Source: an uncultured Planctomycetota bacterium
GTDB taxonomy: Bacteria; Planctomycetota; Planctomycetia; Gemmatales; Gemmataceae
Direction: 5' to 3'
Assembly: GCA_963849325.1 (NCBI GenBank)
Contig: CAWKHF010000012.1
Span: forward strand, 96,001 to 160,000
Length of the DNA stretch: 64,000 bases
Below are positions 21,892-34,413 of this stretch, piece after piece. Within the stretch, counting starts at the first letter, position 1. The number at the start of each line of letters is the position of its first letter. A model generated the notes under the pieces. That model made no database searches and was not told the DNA's origin. It saw only the letters and a list, made by a program, of their open reading frames with translations. The position numbers and the translations under genes are program-made.

Positions 21892-21908
21892 AGGATACAT
21901 TTTGCCGC

Positions 21909-24900
21909 TCATACCCTTAACGTTCTTCCGACGCCACGCCGCAACCGGCGGATGTGGTAATTGCGCCGTCGCCGTTGTGTACCGCCTTGCTCTCCAGCAG
22001 CAGGGCGCGATGTCTCGGCCGCGCCGGAGCGCGGCGCCGCAGGGCCGTCCCCAGCAGCCACGGAATGCCCAGCGTGAGAATGCCGAGCACGTACATCAGC
22101 ACCCTGCCAATCAGCCGCGTCCGTGCCGACGCGAACAGCGGCGTCTCGGCCAAGCCCTCGATGACGTAGAAGAACACCGGCGTCAGGAAGATGCCGAACA
22201 GCGTCACGCCCAACATGCCGCTGAAGACCGCCGATGCCCAGCGTGCGCCGCATCTCCGCGCCGGCGCCGTTGGCGAGCATCAGCGGCACGACGCCGAGGA
22301 TGAAGGCGAACGAGGTCATCAGGATCGGCCGCAGACGCAGCCGGCACGCCTCCAGCGTGGCCTCGCGGCGCGACAGGCCGCCCTCCTCGTGCTTGTGCTT
22401 GGCGAACTCGACGATGAGGATGGCGTTCTTGCTGGCCAGGCCGACCAGCACCACGAAGCCGATCTGCGTGAAGATGTTGATGTCGCCGTGCGTGACGGCC
22501 ACGCCGGTGAGCGAGCCGAGGATGCACATCGGCACGACGAGGATGACGGCCAGCGGCAAGCGCCCAGCTCTCGTACTGCGCCGCCAGCACCAGGAACACG
22601 AACACCACCGCCAGCGGGAAGATCAGGTTGTTCCAGATGTTCTTGGCGGCGTCGATCTGCATGTAGTTGATCTCGGTCCACTCGAAGGCCATGCCCGGCG
22701 GCAGCACTTCATGGCACAGCCGCTCCATCTCCTCGATGCCCTCGCCCGGTCGAGACGCCGGGCTTGGTGGCGCCGAGGATGGCGGCGGCGGGGTACATGT
22801 TGTAGCGGCCGATGTTGATCGGCCCGCCGATCTCGCGGACCTTGACGCACCGACCCTAGCGGCACCATCTCGCCAGTGGCGTTGCGCACCTTGAGCAGCT
22901 TGACCTTGTCGAGATCGTCGCGGAACTGCGCCGTCCGCCTGGACGACCACCTGCCAGGTGCGGCCGAAGCGGTTGAAGTCGTTGACGTAGCAGCGAGCCG
23001 AGGTAAATCTGCAGGGTGCTGAAGACGTCGGCGGGGTTGACGCCCATCGTCTGGCACTGGTCGCGGTTCGAGGTCGACGTACAGCTGCGGCGAGTTGGCC
23101 CGGAAGATGCTGAACAGATTCTCGACCTTGTCGCTCTTCTTCGATCGCTCGATGAGGCGCTCGATCTGCTTTTGCAGTTTCGATCAGGCCGAGGTCGCCG
23201 CGGTCCTCGATGATGATCTTGAAGCCGCTGGCCGAGCCGAGGCCGGACACCGGCGGCGGCGTGAAGATGGACACCTTGGCCTCGGGGACTTCCTTCTCCA
23301 GCAGCTCGCGTACTCGGTCGGCGATGGCCGTGGCCGACAGCGCCGGATCGCGGCGTTCGTCGAAACTCGTCGAAGGTGACGAAGAACTGGCCGAAGTTCG
23401 AGCCGTTGGCGTTGAGGGTGAACGACTGGCCGGCGATCTCGGTGATGTGGACGACGCCCTGTCAGCGGCTGCACCAGTTGTTGAATGTGGTCGACGACCT
23501 TCTGCGTCCGCTCCAGCGAGGCGGCGTCGGGCAGCTGCACGGCGATGTAGAAGCGGCCCTGGTCCTGGTTGGGAATGTAGCCGGTGGGCAGACGGCTGGA
23601 GGTCCACCACGTCAACAGCAGCAGGCCGCCGTAGACCACGAGCACCACGGCACTGCCGCGCAGCGCCAGGCCGACCGTGCCGGTGTAGCCGCTGGTGGCC
23701 CGGCCGGAAGGCCGCAGTTGAACAGGCGGAAGAACCAGCCGAGTACGCAGGTCGAGCAGCCGGCCGAGCAGGTCCTTTCGGGCCCGCGCGGCGGCAGCAG
23801 GATGGCCGCCAGGGCCGGGCTGAGGGTCAGCGAGTTGAACGCCGAGATGACGGTCGAGACGGCGATGGTCAGGGCGAACTGGCGGAAGAACTGGCCGGTG
23901 ATGCCGCTGATGAACGCGCACGGCACGAACACCGCCGACAGCACCAGGGCCACGGCGATGACCGGCCCGGACACCTCGTCCATCGCCTTGTGGGCCGCCT
24001 GGCGCGGCGTCAGGCCGTGCTCGATGTGGTGCTCGACCGCCTCGACGACGACGATGGCGTCGTCCACGACGATGCCGATGGCCAGCACCAGGCCGAACAG
24101 CGTCAGGTTGTTCAGGCTGAAGCCGATGGCCGCCATGACCGCGAAGGTGCCGACGATGGCCACCGGCACCGCCGACCAGCGGGATCAGCGCCGAGCGCCA
24201 GTTCTGCAGGAACACCAGCACGACGATGGCGACGAGGATGATCGCCTCGATGAGCGTGCGGACGACTTCGTTGATCGACTCCTGGATGAACGGCGTCATG
24301 TCGCAGCGAGATCGCGTAGTCGATGTCCTCGGGGAAGGCTTTCTTCAGCTCCTCCATCTTGGCGCGGACGCGGTCGGCGACGTCGATGGAGTTGGCGTCG
24401 GGCAGCTGCCAGACGGCGAGGCTGGCGTTGGGTCGGCCGTCGACCTTGCTGGTCGAGTCGAGGTTGCGGGCGCCCAGCTCGACGTGGCCGACGTCCTTGA
24501 GGCGGACCTTGCGGCCGTCTGTCGTCGGTGCGGAGGACGATGTCGTCGAACTCTTCGGGTTCGGAGAGCCGGCCGAGGGTGGTGATGGTGAACTCGAACG
24601 GCTCGCCGGAGTCGGTCGGCTGCTGGCCGATGTGGCCGGCGGCGACCTGCAGGTTCTGCTCGCGGAGGGCGTTGGCCACGTCGGCGGCGGTCATGTTCAG
24701 CGCCGCCAGCCGCTCCGGATCGACCCAGAGCCGCATGCTGTAGTCTTGCTGGCCGAACAGGTTGACGTCGCCGACGCCCGGCACGCGCGGCGATTTCGTC
24801 CTTGATCTTGATGGTGGCGAAGTTGCTGAGGTAGAGCTGGTCGTAGCGCCCGTTGGGCGAGTAGATGGCGACGACCTGCAGGATGTCGGGGTTGCGCTTG

Positions 24901-25294
24901 CGGGTGGTGACGCCGGCCTGCTTGACCACGTCGGGCAGCAGCGGCAGGGCCAGGTTGACGCGGTTCTGCACCAGCACCTGGGCGAAGTTCAGGTTGACGC
25001 CGGGCTTGAAGGTCACGGTCAGGGTGTAGCGAGCCGTCGTTGTTCGACTGCGACGACCATGTACATCATGTCCTCGACGCCGTTGACCTGCTGCTCGATG
25101 GGGGCGGCGACGGAGTCGGCGACGACCTGGGCGTTGGCGCCGGGGTAGGTGCAGGAGACGATGATGCTCGGCGGCGTGATCGGCGGATACTGCGCGACCG
25201 GCAGGTTGAAGACGGCGACGCCGCCCGCCAGGGTGATGACGATGGACAGCACCGCCGCGAAGATCGGCCGGTCGATGAAGAAGTGCGAGAACAT
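21909..25294 (-). CDS. RND efflux permease (AcrB/MexF-like) 1, multiple frameshifts
   Basis: [51 protein letters not shown]. Confidence 0.9.
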
Positions 25295-25323
25295 CGCCCT
25301 TGTTGGTGAAAAACCCAGTTCCC

Positions 25324-25380
25324 TCGTTTCGCCGCGACGCGCAGCGGAGCGCGCTCTCGCTGCGCGTCGCGGCGAAACGA
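25324..25380. repeat. REP-like palindrome family A (variant)
   Basis: GTTTCGCCGCGACGCGCAGCG...CGCTGCGCGTCGCGGCGAAAC; the variant base is compensated in both arms. Confidence 0.85.
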
Positions 25381-25381
25381 T

Positions 25382-26582
25382 CTATTGCTTGCTGGCCAGC
25401 AGCCGGGTCAGCGACGACTTGGGCGGCGGCGGTGCGTCCTGCATCTTCACCTCCACGCGCAGCTGCTGGCCGCACGCGCTGCATGCCGCTGACGATCACC
25501 CGCTCGCCTCGCCTCAGACCGTCCTTGACCACGCGCAGCCCCTCGATCGACTGCCCTAACGTCACCGAGCGATACTCGACTTCGTCCTTGTCGTTGACGA
25601 TGTAGACGTACTTCCGTCCCTGGTCGCTGAGCAAGGCTTCATCGGGGATGAGCAACGTCTGATAAGGGATGCCGATGGGCAGGCGGATGCGAACGAACAG
25701 GCCCGACTTCAGGACGCGCTTGGGATTCGAGAACACGCCGCGCATGCGGACGGTGCCGGTGTTGGCGTTCAGGCGGTTGTCGAGGAAATTGACGGAGCCT
25801 TTTTGTCGAAATTCATCCTCGTTGGCCAGCCGCATGAGCACGGGAAATTGCAGCGACGAGAACCACGAGTTCGACTTCGGCGACGTCATCGACACCAGGT
25901 CGAGGTAGGTGCGCTCGTCCACGTCGAAGTAGGCGTACATCGGATCTTCGGTGACGATGGTTGTCAGGATCGTTTGGTCGGCATTGACGAGGTTGCCGGG
26001 GTCCACCTGACGACGGCTGATGCGTCCGCCGAGGGGGGCCGTGACCTTCGTGAATCCCAGGTAGAGCTTGGCCCGATCGCGGGCCGCTTGCATCGCTCCG
26101 ACCGTGGCGATGGCCTTGTCGCGGTTGGCAACGGTCTGTTCATATTCCTCTTTTTGGATGCTCCCCGTCGCCACCAACTGCCGGTCGCGCTCGGCCTTCT
26201 TGGTCTGAAAAGCGCGCTCCGCTTCGGCCTGCTTGAGGTTGGCCTCGGCCACCTTCAGGTCGGCCTCGTAAGTGCGCGGGTCGATCTCGAACAGCAACTG
26301 TCCCGCCTGAACGATGTCGCCTTCCTTGAAGGGAGCCTTGTCCACGTAGCCGGAGGCGCGCGGCCGAATGTCCACGGTCTTCAGCGCGTCCATGCGGCCG
26401 GTAAAGTCCTGGTAGTCCGTCACTTCGTCGGTGATCGGCGTGGTGGCGATGACCTCGACGACCTTATTGCCCTGCGGCCGCGGCGCGCGATGGCAGCCGA
26501 CGCCCAGCACCATCGCCGCCAGGGCAGCGCCGACTCCGAATGCGATACGCCGTCGCCGAGATGGGGGGCCAGAATCACTCAT
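25382..26582 (-). CDS. RND periplasmic adaptor (AcrA/MexE-like lipoprotein), frameshift near 25465
   Basis: Lipobox LGVGC, VDIRPRASGY, LFEIDPRTY, APLGGRISR, TGTVRMRG. Confidence 0.9.
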
Positions 26583-26702
26583 CGTCGCTCTCCGGAAACA
26601 CGATGCGGTTGCTGTCGTCCGTTTCGCGGCTCGATAGCTGTCGGGAGATCGAGCCGGGGGATCAAGGTGGGCATTGCACGGGCGGCACAAATCATATTGC
26701 GG

Positions 26703-26752
26703 ACTGACCAGTCAGTTCTATTTCATTATCGAGGCCGGCAGAACTTTGTCAA
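26703..26752 (-). promoter_or_regulatory. Promoter and TetR-type operator of the RND operon
   Basis: Minus-strand TTGACA(26752)-N16-GATAAT, followed by the palindrome ACTGAC-CA-GTCAGT (26703-26716). Confidence 0.65.
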
Positions 26753-26804
26753 CCGGAAAAATCCTCCCAAAAAGAACATGGGTGCGTGCGGATTGGGGTA
26801 GTCG

Positions 26805-26928
26805 CCCTCGTTCCCAAGCTCTGCTTGGGAACACACGTCGGGAAGCTCTGCTTCCCGTCCGGTCAGAGTCGGGCCGCGAAGCAGAGCTTCGCAACCGGGC
26901 GTTCCCAAGCAGAGCTTGGGAACGAGGG
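26805..26928. repeat. REP-like composite inverted repeat (CTCGTTCCCAAGCTCTGCTTGGGAAC)
   Basis: Outer arms plus inner GAAGCTCTGCTTC/GAAGCAGAGCTTC; half copy near 57924-57955. Confidence 0.85.
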
Positions 26929-27042
26929 TCTGAGCATCCGAGCCGGAAGCGTCCGTGAAAGACGCTTTCGATTTGCCTGCCCGTCCGCCGCCTCGGATAA
27001 TGAGGACAACTCTTACCAACCCTCCGCAATGAGGATCTACCG

Positions 27043-29805
27043 ATGCAACGTCGCGGCATTTTCCTTGGTGTCGTTCTCGTTCTCGGCTTCCGGGCCGCGC
27101 CGGCGGCGGCCGGCGACTTCGAGCCGGACCCGCGTTCCGTGCAGCGTTACGGCCCGGCGTATCGCTATCCCCAGGCCGGCTGGATCGTGCTGCACATCGA
27201 GGGCGAACCGTACCAGCGCGGCTGCCAGCACGGACGGCTTGCTGGCCGAGGAGATCGCCGCGCACGTTCGCTGTTTCGCCGCCGTGCAGAGTCCCAAGGC
27301 GCCGGCCGACGGCTGGAAAGCGACGCGCACGCTCGCTCAATTCCCTGTTCCTGCGCCGCTATCACAAGGAATATCTCGAAGAAATGAAGGGCATCGCCGA
27401 CGGCGCCAGCGCCGCCGGGGCGCGTTTCAACGGCCGGCCCCTCGACCTGCTCGACATCGTCGCCGTCAATTCCTGGTCCGAGGTCGAGACGCTCGATCAC
27501 GCCCTGAACGCGACGCCGACCGGACTGGAAGGCATGCGTTTTCCGCGCGAGGCGCCGCAGGCGGCGCCGGGAGCCGAAGCCGATGCACTGCAGCGCCTTC
27601 GCCGCCAACGGCAGGGCCACGCGCGACGGCAAGATCGTCTTCGGCCACATCACCATGTCCGGGCTTTATCCATCCGGTTTCTACAATGTCTGGCTCGACG
27701 TGAAACCGGCGCGCGGTCATCGCGTCTTGATGCAGACGTATCCCGGCGGCATCCAGAGCGGACTGGATTACTACCTCAACGATGCCGGCCTGCTCGTGTG
27801 CGAGACGACGCTGGCCCAGACTGCGTTTCGACATCACCGGCATGACCGTGCGCCTCGCGCATCCGCCAGGCGCTGCAATACGCCGACAGCATCGACAAGG
27901 CCGTGGAGATTTTCAGCGAGGGCAACAACGGTCTGTACACCAACGAATGGCTGCTGGCCGACATCAAGACCAACGAAATCGCCATGTTCGAGCTGGGCAC
28001 GCACAAGAGCAAGCTGTACCGCAGCAGCAAGAACGAATGGTACGGCGGCACGGAGGGTTTTTACTGGGGCTGCAACAACACCAAGGACCTGCAAGTCCGC
28101 CTGGAGACGATCGCCAGCGTCGAGGGACGCCCGGCCGTCGGCGGTGTTCCGTCCCTCCGAGCGCGACAAGAAATGGCTGGACTTGTACGACCAACACAAG
28201 GGCAAGATGGACGCCGACGTTCGGCAAGCTCGCCTTCACCACGCCACCGCTGGCCGCTTATCACTCCGTCGATGCCAAGTTCACGACCACCGACATGGCC
28301 CGCGAATTGAAGACGTGGGCGTTGTTCGGCCCGCCGCTGGGCCGGACGTGGAAGCCGACCTTCGAGGAACGGCAGCGTTACTCGGAAGTGCGGCCGCTGG
28401 TCAGCAATCCCTGGGCGATCCTGCACGCCGCGCCGCCCAAGGGTGGCCGCGTCAAAGACCTCGTCGTCGATCTGCCGGACCCGACGCACGGCGGCAAAAC
28501 GTCGGCGGTGCATACCTCCTCGGTCCTGCCGCCGACCGTCGCGGCCTGGCACGGGACGCTGCTGCCGAAGACAGACGCCGACGCCTGGCTGGCGACCGGC
28601 CTTCGCCAATTACGAGCGCATCGCCGCCCTGGAGAATACCTTCCGCAAACGCGCCGCCGACGGGAAGCTGACCTGCAGCGACCGCGAACAGCTGGCCCTG
28701 GCGCTGTTCGCCTATCGCGCTGACTACGAACTGGGTGCGCGGGCGAGGCCGGAGACGCCGTTGGCCGCGACGCATGCCGACCTGCGGAACAACGACTGGT
28801 ATCGCGTGGCGGCGGGCAAGGGCGTGTGGCTGTTGCACAGTCTGCGCCGGCAGATGGGTGGTAAAGCGTTCGACGCCATGATGGAGGCGTTCGGCCGCGA
28901 ACACGCCGGCAAGGCCGTCACCGCCGCCCAGTTCCAGTCCCATGTCGAGAAATGGGTCGGCAATTCGCGCGGCGATTTCTTCGACGCCTGGCTGAACGAG
29001 ACTGGCCTGCCTCGCTACCAGGTCGCCGTCACCGGCACCACCTCGACGGCGAAGGGACACGAAGTCACCGTCGAAGTCCGCCGCGACCGAGGCGGCCCGC
29101 AAACCGCACTCGACGTCACGGTCGAGACCGTCAAGGGCGACGTGACGCGCGAAGTACGCATCGATGGAACAACAACTCGCATGGTGATGGAGACGAGCGA
29201 ACCGCCGTTACGAGTGGTGCTCGACAAGTATGGCCAGGCCGCCAAGGGCAACGGTGGGCCGTTCTCCATCCTGACGCCGCAGGCGGAGCTGGAGCAAACG
29301 CTCATCATCTACGGCACCGCCGACGAGCGCTCGGCCAACCGCGAGGCGGCCGAAGCGCTGCGGCAAGCGATCCGCGAACGCGGCTCGAACATCACCGTTG
29401 CTATCCGAGCTGACAAGAGCGTCATCGACACGGAATTGCAGTCCCATCACCTGCTCCTCATCGGCCGGCCCGAGACGAACATGGTGGTGAAGCGGTTTCA
29501 GGATGCTCTGCCGATTTCCTTCGGCCGCGGCTCGTTCGCGGTGCGGCAGGAGGTTTATGCTCACCCGGACAGCGCCATCCTCGTCGCCGCCGAGAACCCG
29601 ACGAACACGTCGCTTCTCGATGGTGGTCCTGGCCGGGCTGGGCGCCGCCTCGACGCTGCGCATCGCGCCGCTGGCCGTCGCGCGGCACACGCTCTCAGCC
29701 GAGGTCGTGGTGGTGCCGCACGGTGGGACGACGCGAGCGCTGGTGGTGCCGGCGAAAGATTTGGTCTGCGAGGTGAAAGAAACCGTGTCGCGGAAGGGGG
29801 AGTAA
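27043..29805 (+). CDS. Secreted Ntn-hydrolase (C45/phospholipase B-like) fused to an M1-peptidase-like C-terminal region; multiple frameshifts
   Basis: Signal peptide, GEPYQRGCQHG, EEMKGIADG, HCSAFAA nucleophile site, GLYTNEWLLAD; later KGVWLLHSLRRQMG...FFDAWL. Confidence 0.75.
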
Positions 29806-29808
29806 TTG

Positions 29809-29868
29809 CGTTTAGCCGCGACGCGCAGCGGAGCGCGAGAGCGCTCCGCTGCGCGTCGCGGCTAAACG
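29809..29868. repeat. REP-like palindrome family A
   Basis: Perfect arms between convergent genes. Confidence 0.9.
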
Positions 29869-29884
29869 AAGCGACTTTCGCACA

Positions 29885-30840
29885 TCAATGAAGCGGACTG
29901 GGACCATACTCATGGAGTCCGCCGTCACTGGGACGGTACTCCATCGTATCGACGCCCTCGGTGTGCGGACAGGTTTCCTTGTCCTTGCCCTTCTTGCCGT
30001 GCTTCTTCGGCGCCGGCGCCGGCTCCTCGCTATTCTCCTCCTTGCCCGACTTCGTCGCCGCGGTGTCGGACGGATAGCTCTTGCCGGTGTAGGGGCAGTA
30101 CGTATGCGGGCAGCCGGAGTAGTGTTCGTGCAGGTGGCTGTCTTCCTGGCACTTCGGCTCGGCTTGCGGCTCATCCGAGCGGATCGATGGCTCCTCCGTC
30201 GGGGCGGGCAGTTGCTCGGCGGGCTCCGACTTGCTCTCCCGGCCGGACGCCTCGAACAGGTTCATCCACGCCTTGAAAACCTTATCGTCCGATTCATCGC
30301 CGCCGGCGGCCGGCTTCTCCGCCTCGCTGTCGGCGTAGGGCATGCTCGGCTTGGACATCGGCTCGTCGTCGGTGCAGTACGGCATGACCATCGGGCAGAT
30401 GCCGTCGGGCAGCCCCGGCAGATCGATGGTCGAGGAGGGAGGCTCGGCCTCTTCCACGCGGGACGCCGGCTCCTCTTCATTGATGACGATGGGGTCCGGT
30501 CCCTGCTCGACCTGCTGCACCGGCCCGTCGAGGACAACTCCCTCAACCACCTCGACGGCGGGTTCCGGCGCGACCGGCTGCGGGTCGGCCGGGATGCATT
30601 CTTCCGTGGAGCCGGCGACAGTCGCCGTCTCCTGCGGCGTCAGATAGTGGTGGGTCGCCTGGACGACCATCGTGGCCAGGCCCGTGACCGGCTGCATGGC
30701 GATCGAGGCGTTGGCCGCCGTGGTCAGACAGCGGCCCACGGTCGAGTTCGGGATAGCTGCAGGCATAGTACGCGGCCGACAGCAGGACTCCCGCCGTCAG
30801 CACGCCGACGGCCGAGATGGCACCAGAACGCTTTGCGCAT
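29885..30840 (-). CDS. Pro/Glu-rich hypothetical membrane-anchored protein, frameshifted
   Basis: N-terminal hydrophobic segment, acidic low-complexity middle, HEHYSGCPHTYCPYTGK motif and DTMEYRPSD end. Confidence 0.65.
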
Positions 30841-31012
30841 AATCTCCCTCTGCTCCTGGAAAGTGGATGGAGTCGTCAAGCGAAGATGGGAGCAGCCGGG
30901 CCAGGGGCCGGCCGCCATGTCTTCCGCGCGATCGAGGACCGGCGCTGCCGATTCAATGCGGCGCGGACTATAGCCACGACGCCCTCTCCTTGCCAGAGCA
31001 TTTCACGCGTCA

Positions 31013-31119
31013 GGGAATAGGGAATAGGGAATAGGGAATAGGGAATAGGGAATAGGGAATAGAGAATAGGGGACGCAGACTCCTTCTTCTCTATTCCCTA
31101 CTCCCTATTCCCTATTCCC
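31013..31119. repeat. Heptamer tandem array (GGGAATA)x7 plus 1 variant, followed by 4 reverse-complement units
   Basis: GGGAATA at 31013-31061, GAGAATA at 31062-31068; TATTCCC/TACTCCC units at 31092-31119. Confidence 0.95.
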
Positions 31120-31167
31120 TTCGCTACAATCGATACCGTCAAATCAAATAACTTGGGCAAGGGGTGC

Positions 31168-31196
31168 TTGACGGATGGGAGCGGAGGCGAGATGAT
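31168..31196 (+). promoter_or_regulatory. Sigma70-type promoter
   Basis: TTGACG-N17-GATGAT. Confidence 0.6.
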
Positions 31197-31202
31197 AGGA
31201 GA

Positions 31203-31368
31203 AGTGGGATGGTCCGACCCGACGGAGGTTCGGCATCCGACGGGGAGTAATGTAACTCCCGGCTGTGTGCATCGCGTGCATGGGACTGGCTTGATCCGGT
31301 CCGGAGGTGACCAAGGGAGGTGGCGGTGAAGTATCGAACCCCTCCAGTGCAAACCTGGCCGACCTCCT
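31203..31368 (+). ncRNA. Candidate 6S RNA (long rod with central bubble)
   Basis: By-eye pairings GGATGGTC/GACCTCC, GGAGGTTCG/CGAACCCCTCC and CTCCC/GGGAG, with two apical hairpins; about 165 nt, directly behind a promoter, no convincing ORF. Confidence 0.6.
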
Positions 31369-31399
31369 GTCTCGGATCGCAAAACCGGAAGGAGGTCTC

Positions 31400-31790
31400 T
31401 TGAAACTCGCTACGCAACCCACGGAACAGTACCTGACTTTCGACCTCTCTGGAGCGGGCCTGCCTGGCCGCCCACGTGGCCGCGGAAAACAAGGGCCGCG
31501 ACGTTGTGGTCCTCGACATGCGGGGCATCACCCCCCTGTACGACTTCTTCGTCCTCGCCACCGGCGCCAGCCGGCGGCAAATCCACACGATCACCGAAGA
31601 AATCGACGCCGCCCTGCATCGACGGGGCGATCGCCGTCTGTCCGTCGAGGGCTACGAGGCGAGCAAGTGGGTCGTGCAGGATTACGGCGACGTGGTGGTC
31701 CACGTGTTCGACGAGACGACGCGGCAATACTATGCCATCGAGGAGCTGTGGGCCGACGCTCCGCGCGTCGATTGGCAGCGCCATTACTAG
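31400..31790 (+). CDS. rsfS: Ribosome silencing factor RsfS (frameshift near 31440)
   Basis: RBS GGAAGGAGG; KGRDVVVLDMR, YDFFVLATGASRRQ, WVVQDYGDVVVHVF, YYAIEELWADA. Confidence 0.93.
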
Positions 31791-31798
31791 CGGCGCAA

Positions 31799-31865
31799 CC
31801 GAGCCGCGACCGTTAGGGAGCGGTTCGCAGCGCCAGTCCACCGCTCCCTGACGGTCGCGGCTCGG
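31799..31865. repeat. REP-like palindrome family C
   Basis: CCGAGCCGCGACCGTTAGGGAGCGG...CCGCTCCCTGACGGTCGCGGCTCGG. Confidence 0.85.
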
Positions 31866-31886
31866 AGGCAAGGGGCGGTTGGAACC

Positions 31887-33682
<1,796 letters not shown>

Positions 33683-33696
33683 ACGATCCAACGACC

Positions 33697-34044
33697 ATGA
33701 GCGAAATGCAACCTTCCGCAACTGCCCCGCCTTCTCGACGCCGGCCGATCCTGCGTTTCCTCCGCCGCCGTTTGCAGGGCTGGCGGCTGCGCCATCAATT
33801 GCCGTTCAACTTCGCCATTCACCTCCTTGGCATCCCCCTGGCCGTCATCGGCGTCGTCTTGCTGTTCTTCTGGCCTTGGTACTGGGGCGTCGGCGCTCTC
33901 GTCCTCGGCTATCTGTTGCAGTGGATCGGCCATCTCGCCGAGGGCAACGATGTCGGCGAATGGGCGGCCGTCAAACGCCTGCTCGGCCTGCCCTACGTCG
34001 GCATCGCCCCGCGCTGGAACCCGGAAGACCCAGATCGGCTGTGA
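33697..34044 (+). CDS. DUF962/Mpo1-like membrane protein
   Basis: RHQLPFNFAIHLLGIP, GYLLQWIGHLAEGN. Confidence 0.8.
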   Translation: MSEMQPSATAPPSRRRPILRFLRRRLQGWRLRHQLPFNFAIHLLGIPLAVIGVVLLFFWPWYWGVGALVLGYLLQWIGHLAEGNDVGEWAAVKRLLGLPYVGIAPRWNPEDPDRL

Positions 34045-34054
34045 AAACTCGTGT

Positions 34055-34119
34055 CGTTTAGCCGCGACGCGCAGCGGAGCGCGGCCGTCCCGCGCTCCGC
34101 TGCGCGTCGCGGCTAAACG
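34055..34119. repeat. REP-like palindrome family A
   Basis: Perfect arms. Confidence 0.9.
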
Positions 34120-34413
34120 GAATGCGGCTTTTGGATTCTCCGTGTCTTCCCTGGGCCGCGCCGTCGCCCAGGCTTTTCCTTCTCCCAATCGCCCCCTTTG
34201 CCGCAGCGGAGCCAGCCGTATCGATTCAATCGGCACAGCCGGCAAAACTCCCCTGGATGTTACGACCGTCATTGCCGATATAGCCTTTACCTGTCCGATT
34301 CCATGCTCACCGAACCGGCGATGGCGCGTGGCGAGGGCTGCCCACTCGTCGCCTGGGTCTGCACAAGCACCGTTCGGCCGGGCCGGGTGGAGTGGTTCAA
34401 CGGGGACAAGACT

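Noticed and set aside
31013..31119. CRISPR array
   Set aside because: Contiguous 7-mers with no unique spacers, and no cas genes in the window.
31203..31368. tRNA-Sec, SRP RNA, RNase P RNA or tmRNA
   Set aside because: No cloverleaf with T-loop and CCA end, no SRP CAGG-GNAA-AGCA motif, no GAGGAAAGUCC, and too short for tmRNA.
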